Assembly: GCF_001194135.2 (NCBI RefSeq)
Contig: NC_069009.1
Span: 762,627-826,626 of the forward strand
Length of the DNA: 64,000 nt
Direction of reading: 5' to 3'
Source: Octopus bimaculoides
Lineage: Eukaryota
Positions 39,201 through 48,768 of this stretch are shown in pieces. The notes below the pieces were generated by a model. The model was not told where the DNA came from, made no database searches, and saw only the letters and a list, made by a program, of their open reading frames with translations. Position numbers and translations under genes: made by a program. The stretch's first letter is position 1; each line of letters opens with the position of its first letter.

Positions 39201-41103
39201 AATGGAGATGGATGGGAAGAAGCAAAGAGATGTTGATGAATAAGAAACAGATGAAGATGTTTCAGTCGGAAAAACTCAACCTCACTGGAAGAGCGAAAGG
39301 GTTTTACATTATTTACATTATTTACATTATTTACATTATTTACATTTGACGGATATTTGTCCTCATCTTGTTTGTTGTTAACACAACGTTTCGGCTGATA
39401 TACCCTCCAGCCTTCGTCAGGTGTCTTGGGAAAATTTCGAACCTGGGTTCTCATTCCTAACGATGTTACTATTATTATTATTATATTATTATTATTATTA
39501 TTAATCAGGTCGCTGCCGTGAATCGAAACGTTGTGTTAACAACAAACAAGATGAGGACNNNNNNNNNNNNNNNNNNNNNNNNNNNNNNNNNNNNNNNNNN
39601 NNNNNNNNNNNNNNNNNNNNNNNNNNNNNNNNNNNNNNNNNNNNNNNNNNNNNNNNNNNNNNNNNNNNNNNNNNNNNNNNNNNNNNNNNNNNNNNNNNNN
39701 NNNNNNNNNNNNNNNNNNNNNNNNNNNNNNNNNNNNNNNNNNNNNNNNNNNNNNNNNNNNNNNNNNNNNNNNNNNNNNNNNNNNNNNNNNNNNNNNNNNN
39801 NNNNNNNNNNNNNNNNNNNNNNNNNNNNNNNNNNNNNNNNNNNNNNNNNNNNNNNNNNNNNNNNNNNNNNNNNNNNNNNNNNNNNNNNNNNNNNNNNNNN
39901 NNNNNNNNNNNNNNNNNNNNNNNNNNNNNNNNNNNNNNNNNNNNNNNNNNNNNNNNNNNNNNNNNNNNNNNNNNNNNNNNNNNNNNNNNNNNNNNNNNNN
40001 NNNNNNNNNNNNNNNNNNNNNNNNNNNNNNNNNNNNNNNNNNNNNNNNNNNNNNNNNNNNNNNNNNNNNNNNNNNNNNNNNNNNNNNNNNNNNNNNNNNN
40101 NNNNNNNNNNNNNNNNNNNNNNNNNNNNNNNNNNNNNNNNNNNNNNNNNTGAAAGACGTTGATGAAAAAGATGAGGACAATGATGAATGACAATGATGAT
40201 GATGGTGACTGATCACGAAGATAGTGATATTGATGAAGGTGGGGATAATGATAAGGTTGATGATTATGATGATAGTGAGATAATAAAGATGAATTTGATG
40301 ATGATGTTGACGATGAAGGTGGTGGTTGTGTTGATGACAATAAACATAAGGATTATGATGACAAATGAGGAAATAAGTAAAAAAAGTTAAAGGAGAAAAA
40401 AAGAATGATAAAAAGAAGTGAAGACAAGTAAAACTTGATACGTAAGAAATAGAAAACGAAGAAGGGGAACGTGATAAAGGAGATTAGTTTATACATGTGT
40501 GTGTGAGAGTTCTTGTATAGATCATATATTTATACAGATCTCTGCGACTGTCAGTAAAACAGATGCTTCATGAAAAAGAAAAAATTTATCGGAATGTATA
40601 GTTATCCACACATTGCAAACACAAATATACATAAAAACATACACACAGCTATACACATAATATCAAGCAATGATATCTTCACACACTATGGCACACATAT
40701 TGAGAGAGAATGTGAATTAGAAAAGAGCAGAAAGAAGTATAAGAAACAAAGATGGGAAGATATTAAATACTTAGAACTCAAGGAAATAGTATCTACAAAA
40801 CTGATTCAGCTTACATCTCTTTTAACTTGGGAAGATTTACAAAAGATTCTTTTTCAATTTTCGAGATTTTATTATCGGATAATCGTCTGTAAGATAAAAG
40901 AATTGGTAAGTTATAATATAGACGAGATTAATCATAAAATTTAAAGTATTATGTCTAATCAATTAGATACCGAAGTGAAAATATTAGATGAAGATGATAG
41001 CGATGATGACGTAGATGATGATGATATCACTGGAGGTGGGGTGGTAGTGACGGTCGTCCTGCTGGTGCAGTGGAATAAGTTGTGGGGATATTTTATATGC
41101 GTG

Positions 41104-41141
<38 letters not shown>

Positions 41142-41422
41142 NNNNNNNNNNNNNNNNNNNNNNNNNNNNNNNNNNNNNNNNNNNNNNNNNNNNNNNNNNN
41201 NNNNNNNNNNNNNNNNNNNNNNNNNNNNNNNNNNNNNNNNNNNNNNNNNNNNNNNNNNNNNNNNNNNNNNNNNNNNNNNNNNNNNNNNNNNNNNNNNNNN
41301 NNNNNNNNNNNNNNNNNNNNNNNNNNNNNNNNNNNNNNNNNNNNNNNNNNNNNNNNNNNNNNNNNNNNNNNNNNNNNNNNNNNNNNNNNNNNNNNNNNNN
41401 NNNNNNNNNNNNNNNNNNNNNN

Positions 41423-41461
<39 letters not shown>

Positions 41462-42925
41462 AAATGAGAGTTTTGACGCTAATATCCATTATTATTGAAG
41501 TTTATTACCTATGTCAACATTTCTGTATAAGGTTATATTTAACTGTCAATTCCATAAGGAGTCTACTATTGATCTTTGTGGAGATGATTTGAGTTCTCGC
41601 GAGGTTCAATTCAGCCAAGTCGTGATACATTTTGTCGAGGAAACGCGGTGGTCTAAATACCTTTAGATTCTCGATCTTTGGCATTCAGCTACAATCCGTT
41701 AGCGACAAATCAGTGAATGCCCCTGAAAAATGGATTACATGCACATCTGAGAAGCACATAATCAGTCTGGGAAACCAATGAAGAATAGAAAATCTGGTTA
41801 TCCAAAGTGGTCAAGTCAGATTCTTCGGGTACATTTAAGACCAGGATCTAGGGATGGCATTAAATACTCAGAAATATATAATCAAAGAAAAAGTATCTTC
41901 GAAACTGATTCAACTTACATCTCATATAACTCAGGAAGATTTACAAAGGTTTCTTTTTCAATTTTCGAGATGCTATTGTTGCATAATCGTCTGTATAATA
42001 ATAAAAAAAAAGTTATAATATAGACGAGATTAGTCATAAAATGTAAAGTAATATGTCTAATCAATTAGATACAGGAAGAGAAAAAAAGAAGCGAATGTAT
42101 TCGATGGCGAAGATGTTAATGATGTGTGAAAATTAAGATGATAATAATGATGAGTGATGATGAAGTTGTGTGATGATGAAGTTGAGTGATGATGAAGTTG
42201 AGTGATGATGAAGTTGAGTGATGATGAAGTTGAGTGAGAATGAAGTTGATGATAATAATGAGGATGATCCTGGTGAGGCTAATAATTATGGATGATACTG
42301 ACCGTTTTGACGATGATGATGATGATGTGAAACGTAATCAAATTGGAAAAGGAGAGAAGGATTAGAAAAACATTTGGCCGATCTTCGTATATGAAAATCG
42401 AATATTCCCAGTGAAGAGGAATCAGCGGCTTTCTGTGGAGATGTTTGATTTCCCAGCATCTACAGTCCAAGAGAGTCAGGTTGTTCCTTTGGAAATTGCT
42501 GTATTTTATCGGTGCTCGGGCAAAGTTACCTCCCATGAAAAATATTTACAGATATATATACAAATATATAGTTACAGATATATAGTATAAAGAGGATGTG
42601 AGTTGGAGAAAACAAAGAGAGAAAGAGAAATAGATGAGCGGACATTAAAGAGTAAGGCACATAAAAAACAAGTATCTAGCCTCAGCAATACGGCTTCAAC
42701 TTACAAAATCTGTAAGCTGTTCAGCCCCTGAAATGTGCCATGTTCAATATTCGATATTGTATTATTTTGTAGGTATCTGCAAGACAAAAGAAAATTGATA
42801 AGAAATAATAGAGAGGAAAATAATCACAAAACTTTAAATATTATGATTAAAAACTAGCATGCGGACATAGAAGAAAACGAAGTAGAATTGACAGATGTAG
42901 ATGAAGACGATAATGATTTGAGTGA

Positions 42926-42971
<46 letters not shown>

Positions 42972-45681
42972 ATANNNNNNNNNNNNNNNNNNNNNNNNNN
43001 NNNNNNNNNNNNNNNNNNNNNNNNNNNNNNNNNNNNNNNNNNNNNNNNNNNNNNNNNNNNNNNNNNNNNNNNNNNNNNNNNNNNNNNNNNNNNNNNNNNN
43101 NNNNNNNNNNNNNNNNNNNNNNNNNNNNNNNNNNNNNNNNNNNNNNNNNNNNNNNNNNNNNNNNNNNNNNNNNNNNNNNNNNNNNNNNNNNNNNNNNNNN
43201 NNNNNNNNNNNNNNNNNNNNNNNNNNNNNNNNNNNNNNNNNNNNNNNNNNNNNNNNNNNNNNNNNNNNNNNNNNNNNNNNNNNNNNNNNNNNNNNNNNNN
43301 NNNNNNNNNNNNNNNNNNNNNNNNNNNNNNNNNNNNNNNNNNNNNNNNNNNNNNNNNNNNNNNNNNNNNNNNNNNNNNNNNNNNNNNNNNNNNNNNNNNN
43401 NNNNNNNNNNNNNNNNNNNNNNNNNNNNNNNNNNNNNNNNNNNNNNNNNNNNNNNNNNNNNNNNNNNNCAGTTTCCTGGTATTAAATTGATATTAATTAA
43501 TATCGAATTTTTACCCTATTATGTTAATTATATGTATATATATGTATGTGTTTGTGTGTCTGTTCAGGCGTAAAGTCCTTTCAGGCGTAAAGTCCTTTCA
43601 GGCGTAAAGTTATTCAGCCAACAACCTTGTACTTCATCGAAGCCTGGTTCTTTCCGTTAACAATGCCCTACGATTCCTAGATATTATTCAGTCGTCGCTG
43701 AGTATCCGAATGCCATTATATAACTTGTTAAATTGTATTTCCTCTGTAACCGAGCAGCCGTTTTTAAGGAAGTTGAGTTTTCTTCTTTCCAAAGAGCAAC
43801 AATTTCATCTTCTTTAGTCTCTTTCCTTAAACGAATCTTGGTGTTTGCACTTCGTAAAACCAATCACAGCGGCACATACCATAAATACACACTTCTTAAA
43901 TTTCTTCCAGTAATTTTCACATTCCAGCAGTTCCAATTTTACCCCAAACCATGCTTTGATCTTAGCATGGTTTTGATGGAAAACAGCCTAACTCTTTGGA
44001 AGAGTAAAACAAATGTCTTATGATCTACTTAGTAATTCTTATTCAAAAGGTAAGCGAATAACATGGCAAAAGAAAAGGAAGAAAATTAAATGAATAAATA
44101 ACTATACACAGATTCAGACACAAATATACATATGAACATGCAAACACTTATACATATAATATCAAACACCGAGGTTATATTCAAACATTCAGAGACAGAA
44201 AGTGGGTTAGAGGAAGACAAAGAGAAGGATAAGAAAGAAAGATAGGCAGACATTAAATATTTACGAATACATATGCAATGAAGGAAATACTATCATGGAA
44301 ACAAATCCAACTTACAATTGTTCTAAATTTGAAAGATGTTTGAGTGATTCTTTTTCAATATTCGAGATTTCATTATTGTCTAGTTGTCTGGAAGATAAAA
44401 AAATAGAATTGGTATGAAATAATATATAGGAAATTAGACGTAAAATTTAAAATTAAATATGCCAAAGGGATTACATGCAGTAAGATAAGAAAAAGCGGTA
44501 GAAAAATCTAGATGAAGGAGATGATGATAATGATTAATGACGATCATGATGATAATGAGAATGAGTTATGATGAAGTTGATTAATGATGAAGATGATGAT
44601 AATTATGATGAGGAGGTTGATGATGTTGATTCTGTGTATATATATAGAGAAGGGCAATAGAGACTTAAGAAAGGAGGTTGGCAAGACATTAGATATTTAG
44701 AAATATAGTCAAGGTAGTAGTATCAGCAAGACTGATCCAACTTACAGAGACTCTAAGCTGAGAAGATTTCGGAATGATTCGTCTTCAATTTTCGTGATTT
44801 TATTATTGGATAGATAGCTGAAAAATAAAAGAGAATTGATACGAAATAATATATAAGAGGATATAGATAATACAGGCACTCCCCATACACACACATGCAC
44901 TTACAAAACATAGACACACATTGAGAGATACGCATGCGTAGACACATACAATAGGAATACATAATACAAAATGGCTGATAGTTAACCAGGTGGGACACAC
45001 ATAACAAAGAAGAAAGCAAAGGACCACTGATGAGGTCACAGAAGTGTGACGAAAGAACTCTGGCCGAAATATATATATATATANNNNNNNNNNNNNNNNN
45101 NNNNNNNNNNNNNNNNNNNNNNNNNNNNNNNNNNNNNNNNNNNNNNNNNNNNNNNNNNNNNNNNNNNNNNNNNNNNNNNNNNNNNNNNNNNNNNNNNNNN
45201 NNNNNNNNNNNNNNNNNNNNNNNNNNNNNNNNNNNNNNNNNNNNNNNNNNNNNNNNNNNNNNNNNNNNNNNNNNNNNNNNNNNNNNNNNNNNNNNNNNNN
45301 NNNNNNNNNNNNNNNNNNNNNNNNNNNNNNNNNNNNNNNNNNNNNNNNNNNNNNNNNNNNNNCAGACCGATAGAATAAGTACTAGGCATCCAAAGAATAA
45401 GTCCTGGGGTCGATTTGCTCGACTAAAGGCGGTGCTCCAGCATGGCCACAGTCAAATGACTGAAACAAGTAAAAGAGTAAAAGAGTAAATACTTACAAAT
45501 ATTCAACAGTGCCGGAGATATTTTGTGGAACAGATGACAAATCGAGATATTCACAACTTACACGTTGACTCTTACATTCACATAACTTGCAAACGTCAGA
45601 AACAGCGTGAGCCTCCAAAAACAGCCTCAGGTATAGTAGCAACACAAAAGTCAACATGACATGGAAATTTTGCCGGAACAT
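15194..45681 (-). CDS. Gene B: adhesion GPCR, SP-LRRNT-8xLRR-LRRCT-Ly6/uPAR-like-(SEA-like?)-GAIN/GPS-7TM; near complete
   Basis: 24 visible coding exons, all with canonical splice sites except one donor lost in a gap, and no internal stops. GPS CVYW...W...GC...CSCNHL|TSFALLM; adhesion-class TM motifs. Phase breaks (33170 to 31547 and 29831 to 26237) each span a large N-gap that probably hides an exon. Confidence 0.93.
15890..16278 (-). mobile_element. SINE family 3 with internal (CA)n/(TA)n
   Basis: tRNA-like head (gtggctgtgtggtaagtagcttgc...gggttcagt) on the minus strand; matches 23020 and 34880 copies. Confidence 0.88.
17912..18303 (-). CDS. Gene B exon: end of ECL2, TM5-TM7, helix 8 (CWLSNAAFYAALLAP...LLGFPW...FNTLQGMFIF...)
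   Basis: tag acceptor at 18304-18306; donor gtaagt at 17911; 392 bp, same length as the gene C exon. Confidence 0.92.
18371..18756 (+). mobile_element. SINE family 1, full length
   Basis: tRNA head at 18371, (CAA)n tail. Confidence 0.92.
19093..19165 (-). CDS. Gene B TM4/ECL2 exon (GIPAVIVTITLAINNTNNYNRVEHV)
   Basis: 73 bp, phase 1-2, paralogous to 57682-57754. Confidence 0.92.
20120..20261 (-). CDS. Gene B TM3/ICL2 exon (AMAALLHYSLLSSFMWMSVEALHIYLGLFVFKTIRSSFIKRSSILVW)
   Basis: 142 bp, phase 0-1; adhesion-GPCR LHY..L..F.WM.VEA motif. Confidence 0.95.
20398..20477 (-). mobile_element. SINE family 1, 3' fragment
   Basis: ggcactccgtcgcttacgacg...gcctgctcgtgaaatt. Confidence 0.8.
20691..20814 (-). 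CDS. Gene B ICL1/TM2/ECL1 exon (NLWKLIASKILVNLCISLAVTYLIFLVGFQEYSTKLTAVCK)
   Basis: 124 bp, phase 2-0; KILVNLC..L motif and the Cys at the top of TM3. Confidence 0.94.
21965..22083 (-). CDS. Gene B stalk/TM1 exon (DAHQKGKKTNSRLLSIISNVGCGISFVCLILTVIIHAYFK)
   Basis: 119 bp, phase 0-2; L..IS.VGC.IS..CL..T motif. Confidence 0.94.
22446..22767 (-). mobile_element. SINE family 1-related variant
   Basis: Shares the family 1 3' body but has a different head (gaagg...gtggcttaatggttagggcattcgactcacgatc). Confidence 0.8.
23020..23449 (-). mobile_element. SINE family 3 copy, absent from the paralogous gene C intron
   Basis: Matches the 15890 copy; gene C reads cacatatttactaaaatat uninterrupted at the equivalent site (~61843). 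Confidence 0.88.
23572..23721 (-). CDS. Gene B GPS exon (TATNPQCVYWDDSPGQNPHWSSKGCNTSNDVSGENVVCSCNHL|TSFALLM)
   Basis: 150 bp, phase 0-0; canonical GPS with H-L|T autoproteolysis triad and tethered-agonist start. Confidence 0.96.
24374..24502 (-). CDS. Gene B GAIN exon (LIQNSSSQAITKIGSRIIAANIPNVKIADLDEPVKISFNVTGQ)
   Basis: 129 bp, phase 0-0; S.IIAA.I...L.EPV.I.F GAIN motif. Confidence 0.94.
24607..24915 (-). mobile_element. SINE family 1, truncated by an N-gap
   Basis: Family 1 body. Confidence 0.88.
26091..26237 (-). CDS. Gene B GAIN exon (IYNGSIPQAEDKMDYISLPKRLFKHLKDEEQSVFSRISIFCLRNDKLYR)
   Basis: 147 bp, cag/gtatgg, phase 0-0; ISLP..LF and ..N.KL(F/Y) GAIN motifs. Confidence 0.9.
29091..29148. 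repeat. Interstitial telomeric-type palindrome, (CCCTAA)4 followed by (TTAGGG)5
   Basis: ttaaccctaaccctaaccctaaccct|agggttagggttagggttagggttagggttaa. Confidence 0.9.
29505..29710 (+). mobile_element. Degenerate SINE family 2 copy
   Basis: ggcggcgagctggcagaatggttagc...gtttcaaatttc...actttgcctttca. Confidence 0.65.
29831..30056 (-). CDS. Gene B GAIN subdomain A exon (ENIEPVTTKLLNISQKLHLKKEDIDLVVKNLEKM...SINNIINAPEKILVEAEKANRTVS)
   Basis: ttccattgcag acceptor, 226 bp open frame; the donor falls in a 10-N gap; helical GAIN-A-like sequence. Confidence 0.82.
30200..30930. mobile_element. Two inverted 3'-end fragments of an RLE-type LINE around an N-gap
   Basis: tgttgtctcttgaggtctctgggtgagacttggatccaacttgtac (+, 30200) and its reverse complement (30760-30830); same family as 35722-36100. 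Confidence 0.65.
31388..31547 (-). CDS. Gene B ectodomain exon (LYQSTEIFTIYRTVLITSDNKDHVLRNISNILNTSQALRDLGVQQSDMTLIDD), possibly SEA-like
   Basis: tttctattttag acceptor, gtaagt donor, open in phase 2-1; the preceding exon is presumably in gap 31884-32801. Confidence 0.7.
31653..31883 (+). mobile_element. SINE family 1, truncated by an N-gap
   Basis: tRNA head at 31653. Confidence 0.88.
32811..33106. mobile_element. hAT-like non-autonomous element (MITE)
   Basis: Terminal inverted repeats caggggtcttcaa / ttgaaaacccctg (12/13), internal ggtccgc repeats; no clear TSD. Confidence 0.7.
33170..33276 (-). CDS. Gene B ectodomain exon after the LU domain (WNNTFEYHLIYTIDRHPISKNCNEYKNHFENVSRA)
   Basis: 107 bp, tag/gtgagt, phase 1-0; continues the frame from 33912. 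Confidence 0.78.
33350..33700 (-). mobile_element. Mariner transposase fragment (decayed, intronic)
   Basis: RIVTSGDKWV...KIMISVWWNVEGILHFELVPNGHPIN resembles mariner RIVTGDEKW...VWW..GV.HFELL..G.TIN; stops upstream. Confidence 0.85.
33912..34095 (-). CDS. Gene B Ly6/uPAR-like domain exon 2 (LVCQYKLSMSGVTLKFERFCSTYRNCLEAMRNNTSTCNEWANGTSCVACCSGNQCNKNDFM)
   Basis: 184 bp, phase 0-1; terminal CCxxxxCN three-finger signature. Confidence 0.88.
34682..34773 (-). CDS. Gene B Ly6/uPAR-like domain exon 1 (YSLFQKNLQCQTCSGMMCNDSEVTNCTGAE)
   Basis: 92 bp, tag/gtaaac, phase 1-0; LxCxxC start typical of LU domains. Confidence 0.85.
34880..35197 (-). mobile_element. SINE family 3 copy
   Basis: Matches the 15890 copy; contains a 10-N gap. 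Confidence 0.85.
35251..35420 (-). CDS. Gene B LRRCT exon (NLIGNKNLKCGYHLPAVVNYMTSTYNRTVDVLGKCLRGLDNEEDEPISIMNHTQSK)
   Basis: 170 bp, cag/gttagt; phase 2-1 exactly bridges the last LRR exon and LU exon 1. Confidence 0.85.
35722..36100 (+). mobile_element. 3' end of an RLE-type non-LTR retrotransposon with (AAT)n tail
   Basis: ...LGML...EIQKIVLFGNAHILRKLLSK resembles the QK..L.GTAHILRK.L C-terminus of RLE-clade LINEs. Confidence 0.72.
36478..36549 (-). CDS. Gene B LRR exon 8 (NLSRNQIQMIEDGAFLFLPNIKKM)
   Basis: 72 bp, cag/gtatgt, phase 2-2. Confidence 0.92.
37149..37220 (-). CDS. Gene B LRR exon 7 (DLSNNKMSSITQETFQNLYSLEDL)
   Basis: 72 bp, cag/gtaagt. Confidence 0.92.
38149..38397. mobile_element. 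Penelope-like terminal fragments in inverted arrangement (repeated at 39340-39558)
   Basis: cacctgacgaaggctggagggtatatcagccgaaacgttg end motif plus an inverted copy of cgaaacgttgtgttaacaacaaacaag; the family call is from motif recollection. Confidence 0.5.
38719..38790 (-). CDS. Gene B LRR exon 6 (DLSSNAISSLKQHTFKKLTGLKTL)
   Basis: 72 bp, cag/gtaagt. Confidence 0.92.
40815..40886 (-). CDS. Gene B LRR exon 5 (RLSDNKISKIEKESFVNLPKLKEM)
   Basis: 72 bp, cag/gtaagc. Confidence 0.92.
41919..41990 (-). CDS. Gene B LRR exon 4 (RLCNNSISKIEKETFVNLPELYEM)
   Basis: 72 bp, cag/gtaagt. Confidence 0.92.
42705..42776 (-). CDS. Gene B LRR exon 3 (YLQNNTISNIEHGTFQGLNSLQIL)
   Basis: 72 bp, cag/gtaagt. Confidence 0.92.
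43620..44040 (-). mobile_element. Decayed RTE-type LINE fragment
   Basis: CAAVIGFTKCKHQDSFKE resembles the RTE ..LG...RKHQDWFDE linker between endonuclease and RT; stops present. Confidence 0.55.
44316..44387 (-). CDS. Gene B LRR exon 2 (QLDNNEISNIEKESLKHLSNLEQL)
   Basis: 72 bp, cag/gtaagt. Confidence 0.92.
44746..44817 (-). CDS. Gene B LRR exon 1 (YLSNNKITKIEDESFRNLLSLESL)
   Basis: 72 bp, cag/gtaagt. Confidence 0.92.
45363..45488 (+). mobile_element. SINE family 3, 3' portion
   Basis: Matches 1630-1745. Confidence 0.8.
45497..45681 (-). CDS. Gene B first coding exon: signal peptide + LRRNT (MFRQNFHVMLTFVLLLYLRLFLEAHAVSDVCKLCECKSQRVSCEYLDLSSVPQNISGTVEY)
   Basis: Hydrophobic leader ending AHA, C..CxC..C..L.SVP LRRNT; donor gtaagt at 45496; acceptor at 45702-45704, 20 nt upstream of the ATG as in gene A. 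Confidence 0.93.
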
Positions 45682-46044
45682 ATTTTCAAGCGTAGATTAA
45701 TCTGTGAAAAAAAGAAAATACAAAATATCAGACACTCCAATACTATTTAATTTATATTGCAGATTCTTTGAAGGGCAAAAATTGTCGCCTGTTTCATGAG
45801 TTGAATTTCTCCCGGGTTTCATTTAAGTTCAATGTCATAATTAAAGTTTAAAAAAAGCTGAATCTCGATCAATCAATGTGAAGAGCGTAATTATAGATTA
45901 TAGCTTTAATGATAATGATTTAGCGATAATGTCAAATAAAGCCTAAACACCACCTATCACCCTGAAATACACATACACACACATACTCGCGCGCACACAA
46001 ACACGCCTGCGCACACACAAACACACATTTGTATATGTATGATG

Positions 46045-46430
46045 TGGAGGCGCAATGGCCCAGTGGTTAGGGCAGTGGACTCGCAGTCATAGGATCGCAG
46101 TTTCGATTCCCGGACCGGGCGTTGTGAGTGTTTATTGAGCGAAAACACCTAAAAGCTCCACGAGGCTCCGGCAGGGGATGGTGGCGAACCCTGCTGTACT
46201 CTTCCACCACAACTTTCTCTCACTCTTACTTCCTCTTTCTGTTGTGCCTGTAATTCAAAGGGTCAGCCTTGTCACACTCTGTGTCACGCTGAATATCCCC
46301 GAGAACTACGTTAAGGGTACACGTGTCTGTGGAGTGCTCAGCCACTTGCACGTTAATTTCACAAGCAGGCTGTTCCGTTGATCGGATCAACTGGAACCCT
46401 CGACGTCGTTAAGCGACGGAGTGCCAACAA
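46045..46430 (+). mobile_element. SINE family 1, full length, with 11-bp TSD ATATGTATGAT
   Basis: TSD at 46033-46043 and 46430-46440. Confidence 0.93.
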
Positions 46431-46629
46431 TATGTATGATAAAGCAACTAGAGTGGACATTCACAGTTTAGTGCGACACGTGTTTCAGAAATAATACAAC
46501 CATCCATTGCTAGTGTTTAGTAAAAAAACAGAATTTTAGATATGTGGAAGTTGTGTTTCTCGCGAGATGTTAGTTTTTGCAATTGAACCTAAATAAAGAA
46601 GTAAAAACAGAAGAAATGACAGATGGCCG

Positions 46630-46800
46630 TGTGGAAACCCTTCTGAGGTTCCAAGAGTAATGCACACAATTTTTCCGGCAAGTGTCATGATTTGGAGTGT
46701 TGTTAACAATGAAGGACTTGTGATACCTCCTCACTTCTTTAAAAAAAAAAGCCCTTAGGGTGAATGCTGCTGTGTATATTGAAGTTCTGGATAAAGTTCT
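46630..46800 (+). mobile_element. Tc1/mariner transposase fragment
   Basis: PSEVPRVMHTIFPASVMIWSVVNNEGLVIPPHFF / RVNAAVYIEVLDKV, frameshifted. Confidence 0.75.
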
Positions 46801-46814
46801 GGAGATTAATACAC

Positions 46815-46858
<44 letters not shown>

Positions 46859-46960
46859 TGTCTGTCTGTCTGTCTTTCTGTCTGACTGTCTGCATATGTA
46901 CACGCGTGCGCGTGTGTGCGTGCGTGTATTTAAATTTTAAAGTAACAAATGTCAACTTAA

Positions 46961-47330
46961 CTCTATAATACCGGCTCGAAATATCAGTTCAATTGTAATC
47001 TTTTCAATACTTATATATTTTATAAACTCTTAACACACTTTTGCCTATTCTGCTTCCTCATAAATGTTTATTGTTTAACACCGCAGCTGTATCCTTACTT
47101 TCTAAGTGTTGTTTTCCAACGTCAGAGGCGATATCTTCTGTACATGTCAAGTACCATGCTAGTTTTTCTGTTGGTATTTTAATTGTTTTTGTCATTGGAA
47201 TGAATTTTCCAAATATCGTCTATTTTTTCGAGTATTTCAAGGATCCTCAAAGACTCCTACTGCCAGCTGCGTTGGACATTGACGTAAACCTTCCATTAAT
47301 CTACTTATGTACCAGCTACATTCTTCTTTC
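46961..47330 (-). promoter_or_regulatory. Gene B proximal upstream module (donor changed from GT to TT)
   Basis: Homologous to 10642-11040; ends gag|ttaagt. Confidence 0.5.
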
Positions 47331-47532
47331 TTTCTAATATTTCATTTATTTTTCTACAATCTATATATAGATTGCGCCTCCACATACATACATACATACA
47401 TACATACATACACACATACATACATACATACACACATACATACATACATAGTTATTCATTTACATAAACATATACGTATGTGTGTCTGTGTGTGTGTGCA
47501 CGCGCACGTGTGTATGTCTATATCTTTTTCTA

Positions 47533-48141
47533 CTCTAGGCACAAGGCCCGAAATTTTGGGGGTAGGGGGCCAGTCGATTAGATCGACCCCAGTACGTAAC
47601 TGGTACTTAAATTATCGAACCCGAAAGGATGAAAAACAAAGAAGGCCTCGGCGGAATTTGAACTCAGAACGTAAAGACAGGCGAAATACCGTTAAGCATT
47701 TCGCCCGGCGTGCTAACGTTTCTTATTTCTTTATTGCCCACAAGGGGTTAAACATAGAGGGGACAAACAAGGACAGACAAAGAGATTAAGTCGATTACAT
47801 CGACCCCAGTGCGTAACTGGTACTTAATTTATCGACCCTGACAGGATGAAAGCCAAAGTCGATCTCGGAGGAATTTGAACTCAAAATGTAGCGGCAGACG
47901 AAATACCTATTTCTTTACTGCCCACAAGGGGCTACACACAGAGGGGACAAACAAGGACAGACAAACGGATTAAGTCGATTATATCGACCCCAGTGCGTAA
48001 CTGGTACTTAATTTATCGACCCTGAAAGGATGAAAGGCAAAGTCGACCTCGGCGGAATTTGAACTCAGAACGCAGTGGCGGACGAAATACCGCTAAGCAT
48101 TTCGCCCGGCGTGCTAACGTTTCTGCTAGCTCGCCGCCTTA
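47533..48141 (-). mobile_element. Cluster of about 3 tandem or nested SINE family 2 copies
   Basis: Repeated cgacctcggcggaatttgaactcagaac units; full head ggcggcgagctagcagaaacgttagc at 48141. Confidence 0.88.
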
Positions 48142-48768
48142 GTGTATGCCTATATCATCGTATAGTAATTGGTATATATCGAAAAGCTGAGAGAACACAA
48201 GTAAAATGAACACCGAACTACTCTTCGGATAGGTCCAAAATTGACCATTTAATATCTTAAGAATTGTAAAAGTATTTCTATATAGCAAGAGTTGGTTTTA
48301 AGTACCGTGTAGCTCGAGAGTCAGACATTATATAAAATCTATATTATTAATATGATAGTTTGTATAAACATAAGCAGAAATCGAACTCGCAAAGCAAGCA
48401 TTCATTATCAGATTGATTTCTACACTTGTTTAGAAAATGCTTCGACTATTTCATGCAACAATGTGTATTTCGATAATGAGTGTGCATATTGATGCTAAAA
48501 TTCACATCGAACATGTAGAAATTATAATGAATACAAAAGTATAAAACTCAATATATATCGAGACATAGCTATAGACACATAAATGTATACGTACATACTT
48601 TTGTCTTGATGTATATCGTTGTATAGATGTATGTAAATGAAGATAAGTAGAAAGATATACAGGATGAGAGAGAGGAATAGAGAGAGAGTTAGGGATTATG
48701 AAACATGTATGCATGTGTGTACATTTAAATGTTAAATCTTTAAAGAAAAGTAACAAAAATTGACTTAC

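Noticed and set aside
38880-40290. Repeated blocks 38880-39025 vs 40150-40290 and 38149-38340 vs 39367-39558
   Set aside because: Essentially identical and adjacent to gaps; most likely scaffolding artefacts rather than a further cassette duplication.
41500-41830. Possible retroelement fragments (also 53240-53460, 63240-63520)
   Set aside because: No motif recognisable with enough confidence to name; needs a RepeatMasker or tblastx search.
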